From assembly GCA_963816145.1 (NCBI GenBank), contig CAWFJP010000029.1, positions 64,001 to 128,000 of the forward strand: a stretch of DNA of 64,000 nt. Reading direction: 5' to 3'. Positions 35,018 through 44,755 of this stretch are shown piece after piece (the stretch's first letter is position 1; every line of letters begins with the position of its first letter). Below the pieces are notes generated by a model that did no database searches, was not told where the DNA came from, and saw only the letters and a list, made by a program, of their open reading frames with translations. The DNA comes from an uncultured delta proteobacterium (GTDB taxonomy: Bacteria > Desulfobacterota > Binatia > UBA9968). A program made the translations under genes and the position numbers.

Positions 35018-36325
35018 ATGAAACTTACGTTGGCTGATTTTCCGGTGCGGCAGATTCGTCTTGGTAACACCTATGATTACCAGGACGGTCTGTTGGAAGT
35101 TGACCGCGAGGATTTGGTTCGGCTGGTATCGCAAGATGGGCGCATCGGCTCGGCGCGCGTCGAGGTTGTCAATCCGGGTGAGCCGGCGCGGATTACCGGT
35201 ATACGCGACGTGATCGAGCCGCGGGTTAAGATCGACAGCGCGGCGCAGGTGTTTCCCGGCGTGATCGGTCCGGTGCTGACGGTCGGCGATGGCGTGACCC
35301 ATCGGCTTTCCGGCATGGCGGTGCTGGCGACGGCCGCCTACGAAGGAACCATTCGCGCCGGCACCGGCGTGCAGCGCAGCGCATTGCTCGACATGTGGGG
35401 GGCGGGCGCCGCGGCTTCGCGCTTCAGCGCGCTGCGCCATCTGGTCTTGATCCTGGAGATTCGTTCCGGCCTGGGCGAACTGGCGGCGCACCAGGCGATT
35501 CAACTGGCGGCGTTTCGAGTTGCTTGCAAGCTCGCCGAAACAACCAACGGGTTGGCCCCGGCGCATACTCAGGTTTTCGCGACAGCGAACAGCAATGACT
35601 CCCGGCCGCGGGTAGCGCTGATTCAAGGCTGCATCACCCAAGCGCAACAGCCCCATGCCGGCGTGAGTTATTACGGCCTGCCGATCCGCGAGTCCTTGCC
35701 GACGGCGCTCGACGCCAATGAATTACTCGACGGCGCGATGACCATGAACACGACCCGCGGCATCGGTTATTATCCGACGACATGGGATTGGCAGAATCAT
35801 CCGCTGGCGCTGGCCCTACACCGTCAGCAGACGGCCGGCAATGTCGATTTCGCCGGCGTCATTTTGGAACGCATCTCTTACGAGACCCATCACGCCAAAG
35901 AAGTCGTTGCCCACAACGCGGCGCGCCTGGCGCATAGTCTCGGCGCCGACGCCGTGCTGCTCACCTGGCTCGGCTCGGGCAACGCTTTTGTCGAGATGAT
36001 GTTGACGATCCGGGCGTGCGAGCGACTGGGCATTAAAACTACCCTGGTGACCTACGAATATGGCGGCAAGGACGGCGTCGATTCGCCGCTACTATTTTAT
36101 GCCGAGGAGGCGGACGCCGTGGTCAGCACCGGCAGCCGCGACCGCTGGATCGAATTGCCGGCGGCGGAAAAGGTTATCGGACCTTATCGGGATATTCGTG
36201 TTTTGACCTACCCCGGCGCGCCGACGACGCCGGCCTCGGGTGCGTTAACCCTCGATGCCCGCGACATGATCATCGGCGGCGTCGATAACTGGGGCGGCGG
36301 AAGTTGGGCCTGCAAACTTTATTAA
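35018..36325 (+). CDS. GrdE-like reductase component B subunit, paralog 2
   Basis: Highly similar to 32599-33903 (TYEYGGKDGVDSPLLFY identical). Confidence 0.85.
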   Translation: MKLTLADFPVRQIRLGNTYDYQDGLLEVDREDLVRLVSQDGRIGSARVEVVNPGEPARITGIRDVIEPRVKIDSAAQVFPGVIGPVLTVGDGVTHRLSGMAVLATAAYEGTIRAGTGVQRSALLDMWGAGAAASRFSALRHLVLILEIRSGLGELAAHQAIQLAAFRVACKLAETTNGLAPAHTQVFATANSNDSRPRVALIQGCITQAQQPHAGVSYYGLPIRESLPTALDANELLDGAMTMNTTRGIGYYPTTWDWQNHPLALALHRQQTAGNVDFAGVILERISYETHHAKEVVAHNAARLAHSLGADAVLLTWLGSGNAFVEMMLTIRACERLGIKTTLVTYEYGGKDGVDSPLLFYAEEADAVVSTGSRDRWIELPAAEKVIGPYRDIRVLTYPGAPTTPASGALTLDARDMIIGGVDNWGGGSWACKLY

Positions 36326-36341
36326 TCTTCGGGAGGAATGC

Positions 36342-37046
36342 GTGGCAGAGAAATCGAAGCAGATCATTCCCATCGGCGGCGGGGGGTTCTACCGCGATCC
36401 GGAAAATCTCGAGCTAGAGAAGTACGTGATTCGGCAAAGCGGCGCTGACAATGCGCGGGTCTGCTTCATTCCGACGGCGAGCGGCGAGCCGGATCATTAT
36501 GTCGCGAGTTTTTATGCGGCATTCTTAAAGCTCGGCTGTCAGCCTTCGGTGCTGACATTTTTCAAACGCACGCCTGAGTTGCGCTCGTTTCTGCTCAATC
36601 AGGATGTGATTTACGTCGGCGGCGGCAATACCAAGAGTCTGATCGCCGTGTGGCGCGATTGGGGTGTCATCGAAATACTCCGCGAGGCTTGGGAGTCGGG
36701 GATCGTGCTTACCGGTGTGAGCGCCGGTGCGATCTGCTGGTTCGAACAAGGGTTGACCGATTCGTTCTGCGATGGGTTGCGCGCGCTCGATTGCCTCGGC
36801 TTTCTCCCCGGCAGTTGCTGTCCCCATTACGACGGCGAAGTCCAGCGCCGGCCATCCCTGCACAAGCTTCTCGCCGCCGGTGACATAGCCGCCGGCGTGG
36901 CCATCGAAGATTGGACCGGGGTGCATTTTATCGGCGATGCCATCCACAAGGTCATCGCGTCGAAACGCGGCGCGCGCGCCTACAGCATGCGTGTGGCGCA
37001 TGGCTCGGTGCAGGAAGTGCCACTACCGGTAGAGTACCTGGGTTAA
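36342..37046 (+). CDS. peptidase E / S51 family
   Basis: FIPTAS, YVGGGNT, GVSAGA, CPHY. Confidence 0.88.
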   Translation: MAEKSKQIIPIGGGGFYRDPENLELEKYVIRQSGADNARVCFIPTASGEPDHYVASFYAAFLKLGCQPSVLTFFKRTPELRSFLLNQDVIYVGGGNTKSLIAVWRDWGVIEILREAWESGIVLTGVSAGAICWFEQGLTDSFCDGLRALDCLGFLPGSCCPHYDGEVQRRPSLHKLLAAGDIAAGVAIEDWTGVHFIGDAIHKVIASKRGARAYSMRVAHGSVQEVPLPVEYLG

Positions 37047-37158
37047 TGCGTCGCCGCTAAATCACCAAGAATAGTAACCTGCGCGGCGCAATTTCTTAGT
37101 TTTGCGAAAGTTTTTCCACGTTGGGGCGCACGTGCGGGCGCTTATATTCCTGTAACCG

Positions 37159-37173
37159 TGGCACCTCGCTTGC
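37159..37173 (+). promoter_or_regulatory. sigma-54 -24/-12 promoter
   Basis: TGGCACCTCGCTTGC (GG-N10-GC); upstream palindrome TTCTTA-GTTT-TGCGAA at 37093-37108. Confidence 0.75.
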
Positions 37174-37221
37174 TGTTTTTTTATTGTAATTGTGGCCGTT
37201 GTGAGGGTCGTTAAAAACTAT

Positions 37222-37354
37222 GTAGTGGTTCAGTTAGACCGAGATCTCTCACTTCGTTCGAGATGACAAATCGACTTTTCTGCTGTCATTTCGAGCGCAG
37301 CGAGAAATCCTTCTCAGGGTGAAGACATGTGACCGTCTTGAACTGAACCATTAC
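37222..37354. mobile_element. MITE-like element (133 bp)
   Basis: TIR gtagtggttcagtt / aactgaaccattac; direct repeat AAAACTAT at 37214-37221 and 37357-37364; internal REP-like palindromes. Confidence 0.7.
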
Positions 37355-37376
37355 CTAAAACTATGGAGGAGTGCTT

Positions 37377-37820
37377 GTGAAGTCACCGAAGAAAATGCCT
37401 ATCGTTGGGGCGGTTATGACATCGTTTCCTTACTTTGTCGACAGCGCTGATCCGGTCGGCCGTCTTGAAAAGATGATGGATGATCGCGGCATCCGCCATC
37501 TGCCGGTTCAAGAAAAGGGCAAACTGGTCGGCATAGTCTCAGAGCGCGATTTGCACCATCGGCTGCCGCGCAGGGCGCCGCCGGAAGAGAAAGCGCGGCT
37601 GCGCGCTCGCGACATCATGGTGACAAACCCTTACGTCGTCGGTTTCAACACGCCGTTGAACGAAGTGGTGTCGCAAATCGCGAAGCGCCATATCGGTTCG
37701 GCGATCGTCACCCGCAAGGGCAAGCTCGCCGGCATCCTTTCAGCCATGGATGTCTGCCGCATTTTCGCCGAATATTTGGATAATCAATTCGGGGTTATTT
37801 CTGGTAGCGACGCGGCGTGA
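37377..37820 (+). CDS. CBS-domain protein
   Basis: IRHLPV..LVGIVSERD, IGSAIV..LAGILS; GGAGG RBS before the GTG. Confidence 0.88.
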   Translation: MKSPKKMPIVGAVMTSFPYFVDSADPVGRLEKMMDDRGIRHLPVQEKGKLVGIVSERDLHHRLPRRAPPEEKARLRARDIMVTNPYVVGFNTPLNEVVSQIAKRHIGSAIVTRKGKLAGILSAMDVCRIFAEYLDNQFGVISGSDAA

Positions 37821-38206
37821 AGCTTTGACCACCGGGGCGGAGCGGATTTGTTTAGGTTGAGCGGAAAGCACAGGACCAGTGTCAATTAAATTGTTGGCCT
37901 GATCTCACTCGTTGGGATATTGGCGTGCAGGGGTTTCGCTTCCTGTTGCCCTCAAAGGTTCAAATCGCCGGCGCGCTGGTCATTTGCCGGCCATCTCGAT
38001 CGATTTCAGAGTGGTGCACTCGAAGGATATCTCGATTTGCAACGCAATGCGCTCGTCTGTGGAACGCGAGAAAGAGAAATTGAGCGCGTTCAAAATACCT
38101 TGGGACCTTGTGGGTTAACTGGCGTACCGGCAGGCCGAACCGCAGAGTATCGTCCAACGCTGCGACAACTTCCACATCATCTCGCGATCGAGCAGTTGGT
38201 AATTCG

Positions 38207-38488
38207 CTAAGGCTTAGTTGCGTGATACACGAAGTCGGGAAACAAACCAAAGAGGAAAATTAGCACGAAGGCCAATGGCACTAGAGCGATGGCGTAGATG
38301 AGGGTTTTTTCGTGTTTCAAATGCATGTAGTTGCGCGCGACCAACAGCGCTTTGATCACAGCGACGGTAAAGATCAGCATCAGCGCTTCGGCCTTCGGCA
38401 AGACGACGCTTGCGCCGACCGAGACGATGACGAGCGCCATCAGCCAGTACCAGATCACAAGAGTTTGACGGGTTTGGGCATTGCTCAT
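38207..38488 (-). CDS. cytochrome c oxidase subunit IV
   Basis: Three TMs, KALLVARNYMHLKHE. Confidence 0.85.
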   Translation of the reverse strand: MSNAQTRQTLVIWYWLMALVIVSVGASVVLPKAEALMLIFTVAVIKALLVARNYMHLKHEKTLIYAIALVPLAFVLIFLFGLFPDFVYHATKP

Positions 38489-38500
38489 GTGGGTCTCCGA

Positions 38501-39076
38501 TCAAGCCAGATAGAGAAGTGGAAAGAGAAAGATCCAGACGATGTCGACAAAATGCCAGTACAAGCCAGCCAATTCGACTCGGTGGATGTGGTGCGCCAAG
38601 GTCCCCTTGGTGGCCTGGATCCACAGCACTAAGTTGATGATAATCCCGGCCACGACATGGAGGCCGTGCAATCCGGTCATGGCGTAATAAAATGACCAAA
38701 ACATCCCTGAGCTCGGTAAGAAGCCGTGGCTGATCTCGGTGCTGTACTCAAAAGCCTTCATACCGAGAAAACCGAGACCGAGCACGACCGTTAGACCTAA
38801 GAAATTAGCCGCGCGTTTGAAATCTCGATCTTGCGCCGCGCCATGGGCCATCACGACGGTCATGCTGCTGGTGAGCAAGATAAACGTATTGATGAGCGCA
38901 ATATTGAAGTTCAAATGGTGCGACGCTTCGGTCCAACCCGTGCTGCCGAGCCGCATCACGATGTAGGCAACCAAAATAGCGCCAAACGTCGGGATCTCCG
39001 AAGCAAGAAACCACCAAGTGCCGACTTTGCCGTAAGGCTCGGTCGGAATATCGAACGTCGTTGTGTTTGTCGTCAA
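38501..39076 (-). CDS. cytochrome c oxidase subunit III
   Basis: FLASE, TGLHGLHV, YWHFVDIVW. Confidence 0.93.
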   Translation of the reverse strand: MTTNTTTFDIPTEPYGKVGTWWFLASEIPTFGAILVAYIVMRLGSTGWTEASHHLNFNIALINTFILLTSSMTVVMAHGAAQDRDFKRAANFLGLTVVLGLGFLGMKAFEYSTEISHGFLPSSGMFWSFYYAMTGLHGLHVVAGIIINLVLWIQATKGTLAHHIHRVELAGLYWHFVDIVWIFLFPLLYLA

Positions 39077-39134
39077 AGTCTATCCTCCCAAGGACGTTTG
39101 AAATGCGTATGCCATCGTTGCGGTCGGCCTTTGT

Positions 39135-40847
39135 TCAATGAAGCGCCGCTTTTGCGCCGTCTCCCACATCCAGATTCTGCGGTAACCAGTCTTCTTTTTG
39201 ACCCGGCAGGCTGTATTCGTAAGCCCCCCGATACACCACTGGTATCGCGTCGAAGTTCTCGTGCGGTGGTGGTGAGCTGGTGCTCCACTCCAAGGTGTTG
39301 GCCTGCCAAGGATTGGCCGGAGCTACTTTACCGGCGAACAGGCTCCAGAAGAAATTGATAACAAAGACGATTTGCGAACAGATCAATAAGATCGCCATCA
39401 ACGTAATGAAGATGTTCAACGGTTCCACCGGTTTCAAAAAATCATACTGGGTCGGATTGGCGATGCGCCGCATCATTCCACCCAGGCCGACCAGATGCAT
39501 GGGACCGAAGATGAGATTGAAAAAGGCGAAGGTGAGCCAGAAGTGAATCTTGCCCAAAGTCTCGTTCATCATCCGGCCAAACATCTTGGGAAACCAGAAG
39601 TAAAGGGCGCCAAAGCCGGCGAAAAAAACATTGCTGATCAGCGTGTAATGAAAATGGGCGACGACAAAGTACGTGTCATGAATATAAATATCCACCGCCG
39701 CCGAACCGTTAAAAATTCCAGTCAGGCCGCCGAAGATGAAAACTCCCAAAGTGCCGATGGCGAAAAGCATCGGCGTGGTGAAGACCATCGAAGAACCCCA
39801 GAGCGTGGCGACGATCGAAAAAATGACCAAAGCGAAGGGCACAGAGATGATGATGGTCGTGATGCTGAAGGGCATCGCCAAGCGCGGGTCCATGCCGCTG
39901 ACGTACTGATGATGCGCCCAGACCAGGAAACTCAGGAATCCAGAAATGATCGAAGCGTAGATGATCGGCCGGTACGCGAATATCGGCTTGCGCGCAAACA
40001 CCGAGATGATTTCCAAAGTGATGCCCAAACCGGGAAGCAGGATGACGTAGACCTCGGGGTGGCCGAAGAACCAAAACAAATGTTGCCAAAGCAGCGGATC
40101 GCCGCCAGCGTCGGGAGCGTAAAATGTCGTGCCTAAGTTGCGATCCATCAGGAGCAAAATCGCGCCGGCGATTGTCGGTCCTACTGAAAGCATAAACACG
40201 ACCGCCGCGATCAATTGCATCCAGACGAGCATCGGCATGCGCATCAGGGTCATGCCGGGCGCGCGCATGTTAATGGCCGTCGTCAAAAAATTAATGCCGC
40301 CGAGCAAGAACGAGGCAAACTCCAGGGCGAGGGCGAGCAGCCAGAGATCCACGCCATAGCCGCCACCGGTATATTCATTCTTAGCCGACAGGGGAGGGTA
40401 GCCGGTCCAACCGGCGGCGGCGGCACCGCCAGGCACAAAAAACGACGTAAACAGCACCACCGAAGCTAGAGCGAAAATCCACACCGAGAGCATGTTCAGA
40501 CGCGGGAAAGCCATGTCGCGGGCACCGACCATTAGCGGCAGCAGAAAATTGCCAAAGGCGGCGAGCAGGAGCGGCATGGCAACAAAGAAAACCATGATCG
40601 TGCCATGCATGGTCACAAGCGTATTGTACACGTTGGGTTCGATATAGCCCCAACCGAAAGCTTCAGTGTCGGGATGGGCGATCTGCCAGCGAATTAAGTA
40701 CGCCGAGCCGGCACCCAAAAGCGCCCAAAATAACGACAGGCTCAAGTACTGCTTGGCGATGACCTTGTGATCGGTCGAGAAAACGTAGCGGCTGACGAAA
40801 CTTCGATTGTCACTATGGGAGTGGTGATCTGTCGCTATCTCATTCAC
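39135..40847 (-). CDS. ctaD: cytochrome c oxidase subunit I (A1 type)
   Basis: STDHKVI, TMHG, FGHPEVY, WAHH, AHFHY; GTG start inferred from RBS. Confidence 0.96.
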   Translation of the reverse strand: MNEIATDHHSHSDNRSFVSRYVFSTDHKVIAKQYLSLSLFWALLGAGSAYLIRWQIAHPDTEAFGWGYIEPNVYNTLVTMHGTIMVFFVAMPLLLAAFGNFLLPLMVGARDMAFPRLNMLSVWIFALASVVLFTSFFVPGGAAAAGWTGYPPLSAKNEYTGGGYGVDLWLLALALEFASFLLGGINFLTTAINMRAPGMTLMRMPMLVWMQLIAAVVFMLSVGPTIAGAILLLMDRNLGTTFYAPDAGGDPLLWQHLFWFFGHPEVYVILLPGLGITLEIISVFARKPIFAYRPIIYASIISGFLSFLVWAHHQYVSGMDPRLAMPFSITTIIISVPFALVIFSIVATLWGSSMVFTTPMLFAIGTLGVFIFGGLTGIFNGSAAVDIYIHDTYFVVAHFHYTLISNVFFAGFGALYFWFPKMFGRMMNETLGKIHFWLTFAFFNLIFGPMHLVGLGGMMRRIANPTQYDFLKPVEPLNIFITLMAILLICSQIVFVINFFWSLFAGKVAPANPWQANTLEWSTSSPPPHENFDAIPVVYRGAYEYSLPGQKEDWLPQNLDVGDGAKAALH

Positions 40848-40882
40848 GTTTTTTACCTCTATGTCCTTCTTCAATATTTTAC

Positions 40883-41560
40883 CTAAGCTCCCGAACCGGT
40901 CGATTTTTCTTGATACCATTTCTGATACTCGTCCGGCGGGTGAACGACCAAGAGCCCCTTCATTCCTGAATGGCCGAAGCCGCAAAGTTCCGCACAGGGA
41001 ATCTCGAACTGCCCGATCTTGGTGGCCTCGAACCATACCGGAATACGTCGCCCCGGCATGGCGTCTTGCTTGAGGCGAAAATGCGGCAGAAAAAAGCTGT
41101 GGATCACATCCTTGGACATCAAGATGACCTGGATCGGTTTGCCGACCGGAACATGCAGTTCGTTGTCGGTCTTGATGTCGTCGTCCGTGTCAAACTTCCC
41201 ATCCGCTCCGGGGTAGACAAATTCCCAGTTGAACTGTTTGCCGATTCCGTGCACGACGAAATCGGTAGGCGGGCGTTGCAGTTTAACCTTGGCCCAGACG
41301 TCGGCACTGCGAATGTCAATGAATAAGTCGAGCACGACCACGATCGCCATCGGCACGAGAACCCAAGCCAGTTGCGCCCAGGTATCGCCCGCGGCGTAAA
41401 CTGCCTTCTGCCCGGGTTTGCGTCGATAACGAAAGACAAAGTAAAGAATCAGTCCTTCAGTGAGAAAAAACCAAATGGTGACGATGTAGAAAATGAACCA
41501 GAAGATGCCGTCTACATCGGCGCCGAAGGTCGAGACATTTTCAGGAAACCAGCTTTGCAT
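40883..41560 (-). CDS. ctaC: cytochrome c oxidase subunit II
   Basis: Two TMs, DVIHSF, CuA motif CAELCGFGHSGM; no fused haem c. Confidence 0.94.
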   Translation of the reverse strand: MQSWFPENVSTFGADVDGIFWFIFYIVTIWFFLTEGLILYFVFRYRRKPGQKAVYAAGDTWAQLAWVLVPMAIVVVLDLFIDIRSADVWAKVKLQRPPTDFVVHGIGKQFNWEFVYPGADGKFDTDDDIKTDNELHVPVGKPIQVILMSKDVIHSFFLPHFRLKQDAMPGRRIPVWFEATKIGQFEIPCAELCGFGHSGMKGLLVVHPPDEYQKWYQEKSTGSGA

Positions 41561-41752
41561 TCAAACCTCTCACTTTCCCGAAGTGTTTTTTGAATCGCGT
41601 TTAGTTAGAAATCGATCCCCAAATACGGCCGCACCGAGAAATGGTCCGCGCTGATTCGATTGAGCTCTTCACTGCAACATATCAATGCATTGTCCTTAGC
41701 TTGATGATTGATTCACGTCACGCTGAGTTCAGCCATGAGATCCAAGCCATCT

Positions 41753-42799
41753 CTAAGCCGCGGCGCCTTCTTCGAGGTAAAGTCCGAAGGCGCGCAAAAC
41801 CGGCTCGTCATGCAGCGAGAATAAGATCGCTTCGTCCTGCGACGACGCGTTGGCGTGGCTGTGCCAGCTCCAGAGCGGCACAACGAAACTATCGCCTTGC
41901 TGCCATTCCAAGGTCGTGCCGTCGACCTTGGTCGTGCCGCGGCCGCGAAAAACATGGTAGATGCTGGTGCTGCGATGACGGTGACTTTGGGTCCGCTCGC
42001 CGGGCCGGAACATTTGGATGCGGCAGAGCAGCGTCGGGAAGGTCGGGCCGCCCGTCAAAGGGTCGACATAGTCCAAAGCGACGCCGTCGTAGGGATCGGG
42101 AACTTTCTCGGCGAGCTGTTGCAGGGCTGCGTAGGTATCCGACCAGCGGTAGTGTAACGGCGCAACCAACCGTTGCGCGGCTTGGCCGGCCGGGCGCATC
42201 ATGCCGTAGAGCGACGGATGGATTGTTCCTTCTTTAACTCGCAGCCGCTCTTCATGCCGGCGCTCGACGGAAACGACCTGCAATGCTTCGATCAACGGCA
42301 CATCGAGGCCATCGGCCCAGATCATCGCTTCGCTGCCTTGATTTTCATGCTCGTGCCAGGCCCACTGCGGTGTGCGGATCAAGTCGCCGGGCTGCATGAC
42401 CATTTTCTCGCCTTCGACATTGGTGAACGCCCCTTTGCCCTGGAGGACAAAGCGGAAGGCGGTCATGGTATGACGGTGCGCCGGCGCGACTTCTCCGGGT
42501 TGAATCAACTGAAAGCCGAATAGCATCGTGTGCGCGGTCAACTTCCGATCGTTAAGCCCGGGATTGACCAAACGGATATAGCGCCGTTCGGCGGTACCAG
42601 GGCCGATACCGATGATATCGCGCGCCCGTTGCAGCGAGTCGTAAACATCGGCCCATTTCCACAGATGGGGTTTGACTTTGGTTTTGGGCTCGCCGGTGCG
42701 ATCTTCGTTGCTCACGTTCCACAGGCCGGATAGCCACTTGGCATCCAGCGCACGGTCGAGATCTCGGCGAGCGTCCATCGCGGCCGCTTCTTGAGGCAT
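41753..42799 (-). CDS. gentisate 1,2-dioxygenase-like bicupin
   Basis: LVNPG, APAHRH, WHEH, DGLD, SHRH, WSWHSH. Confidence 0.85.
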   Translation of the reverse strand: MPQEAAAMDARRDLDRALDAKWLSGLWNVSNEDRTGEPKTKVKPHLWKWADVYDSLQRARDIIGIGPGTAERRYIRLVNPGLNDRKLTAHTMLFGFQLIQPGEVAPAHRHTMTAFRFVLQGKGAFTNVEGEKMVMQPGDLIRTPQWAWHEHENQGSEAMIWADGLDVPLIEALQVVSVERRHEERLRVKEGTIHPSLYGMMRPAGQAAQRLVAPLHYRWSDTYAALQQLAEKVPDPYDGVALDYVDPLTGGPTFPTLLCRIQMFRPGERTQSHRHRSTSIYHVFRGRGTTKVDGTTLEWQQGDSFVVPLWSWHSHANASSQDEAILFSLHDEPVLRAFGLYLEEGAAA

Positions 42800-42896
42800 T
42801 GTGCGCTTCCTTTACACCAGCTGAAAAGTTGATACCTGCGAGCTTCACGGCGGCGCAATCGATGAACGCGTCGCCGTGAAGGCCTTGACGGAAAGG

Positions 42897-44012
42897 TTAG
42901 GCGTTGCCCGCGCCCGCCGACATCCAGTTGCCGCTCTTGAAGATTGGTGCCAAGATTTTGCGATCAGCCGGGCCCGGCAAGACCTCTTCGAGATGTTTCT
43001 TATACTCGGCCTCGGACAACGGATTGCCTTCGACGCTGAACATCTTGCCCTCGTAGTCGCCGATCTGGCGGTTAAACTTCATGTCCGGCGCCTGTAGTTT
43101 GGGGCTGCCTTCGGGAATCAGCCGATTCAATCCCTCGATGATTTCGCAGTCTTCTTTATAGTAAAGATTGCGCGCTTCCTCGTTCAAGCGGTCGAGATCT
43201 TTTGGCGGTTCCTTGGCGGTGGCTTCGTCGAACCGTCCCTTGAAACCCCAGCGATAGAAGCGAGCGGCGGCAGTCGAGTGATCTTTGCCGAACAGATCGT
43301 AGCCGGTTGAAAGCCACTTATTGAGGTATTTTTGCAGGATCGGGATCGGCACTTTGCCGGCTTTGACGATTCTCGACAGACCGGTCTGACCGGTGAACAA
43401 ATGAAAGGCTTCTTCTTTCAGCATCGGCCCCATGCTGCGCGACAACGGCGCGAAGCTCGAATGATGCAGCATCGTGAGTTGATACTTGCCATCCCGGTCG
43501 ATGAAGCAAGTGTAGGTGACGAAGTCGATGAAATCGTCAACGTTCCTATTGAAAGCGCCAAGCAGCCGGGAATTGTCATAAGCGTGGCGCTCGAGCAGCT
43601 TGCGCGCTTCGAGTTTGCCGGAATCGCCGAAATTGGAAATCAGCACATGGCACATCTGCCAGCCATGGCGCTGCTCTTCGCGCATGACCCGAATCAGACA
43701 CTGGCGATCGTAGTCGCTGGGCGCGCTGTTGATCAGTTTGCGCTGCTGTTCGGAAGAGCCGAATTCGGTATCGCCTTGATAGAAAATCAAATGCAGCAAG
43801 GAATCGCGCATGTCCTGCGTCGGCATGTCGAGGATCTTCTCGAACTTTTTGCGCCCTTTGAACTCGCCGAACTCGATGGTTGGACTGGTGCCCTCATCGT
43901 AGATCGCGTCGAACTTGTAATCCTTGACCAGCTCGGGATCGAAGCCGATATCCTTTTGCCACTTATAAAATAGGTCCTTCCAGTCATCGAAATTGGTGAT
44001 GCGCTCCGCCAT
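42897..44012 (-). CDS. BoxB/PaaA-like di-iron ring epoxidase subunit
   Basis: QGDTEFGSSEQQ, EEQRH, FIDRDGKYQL, EEAFH resemble BoxB motifs. Confidence 0.8.
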   Translation of the reverse strand: MAERITNFDDWKDLFYKWQKDIGFDPELVKDYKFDAIYDEGTSPTIEFGEFKGRKKFEKILDMPTQDMRDSLLHLIFYQGDTEFGSSEQQRKLINSAPSDYDRQCLIRVMREEQRHGWQMCHVLISNFGDSGKLEARKLLERHAYDNSRLLGAFNRNVDDFIDFVTYTCFIDRDGKYQLTMLHHSSFAPLSRSMGPMLKEEAFHLFTGQTGLSRIVKAGKVPIPILQKYLNKWLSTGYDLFGKDHSTAAARFYRWGFKGRFDEATAKEPPKDLDRLNEEARNLYYKEDCEIIEGLNRLIPEGSPKLQAPDMKFNRQIGDYEGKMFSVEGNPLSEAEYKKHLEEVLPGPADRKILAPIFKSGNWMSAGAGNA

Positions 44013-44084
44013 GATTCCTCCTCAGTGAATTTTAGATTGTTTCGCACTGTAAAGGTGTGTCAGTGCAATTGTGCAGAACTCTTC

Positions 44085-44099
44085 GCAAGGCGGATGCCA
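44085..44099 (-). promoter_or_regulatory. sigma-54 -24/-12 promoter
   Basis: Minus strand TGGCATCCGCCTTGC; upstream TTCTTA-TCGA-TTGGAA (44161-44176) and TTCTCA-CAAT-TAAGAA (44192-44207). Confidence 0.75.
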
Positions 44100-44351
44100 G
44101 ATCTCAGCCTATGGGATCCCCCACAGTAATGGAGGTTTTTCGGACGCTCGTTCGGAAAATTTCTTATCGATTGGAAACGGCGCGCAAATACTTCTCACAA
44201 TTAAGAAAGCGTCATTTGTTTGCGCTACTGCCGCAACGCGCGACGTTGTCGCAGCGAATTGCAATTGGGACTGAGAGACTACGTGTCGAAGCCCTGCGCC
44301 GGGTATCGCCGACGCAAGGTGAATGGGGCGCTGGCTTCGACAAAGGCGATT

Positions 44352-44741
44352 CTAAAGATCGTAGATTGGCGTGTGAATCGCGACATGCTCGCCTTGAGCG
44401 ATGGCGCTGACGATGTCGGCGCGGCTGACGATGCCGACGATAGCGCCTTCCGTCATTACCGGAAGGCGCTTAATCGCGTGGGCGGTCATCAAGCGGGCGA
44501 TTTCCTCCACCGAGGTCTCTTCGCTTACACTGATGACGCTTTTGCTCATGATGGATTTGACGTCTTTGCCTTTCTTGCCGACGATATCGGCTTCGGAAAC
44601 GACGCCGACGATCTTGCCGTTCTTGCCGGCCACCGGCGCGCCGCTGATCTGATTCTTGATGAGAGTCATGGCTAGGTTTTTCACGCTCATGGTCGGGCTG
44701 ACGGTGATGATGTCTCGGGTCATGATATCTTTGGCGTTCAT
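44352..44741 (-). CDS. CBS-domain protein
   Basis: ISGAPV..VGVVSEAD, IKRLPV..VGIVSRAD. Confidence 0.9.
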   Translation of the reverse strand: MNAKDIMTRDIITVSPTMSVKNLAMTLIKNQISGAPVAGKNGKIVGVVSEADIVGKKGKDVKSIMSKSVISVSEETSVEEIARLMTAHAIKRLPVMTEGAIVGIVSRADIVSAIAQGEHVAIHTPIYDL

Positions 44742-44755
44742 GGTTTTGCTCCTTG

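Noticed and set aside
37850-38206. Short ORFs or ncRNA between the CBS gene and cox IV
   Set aside because: No recognisable protein motif, RBS or RNA family could be supported.
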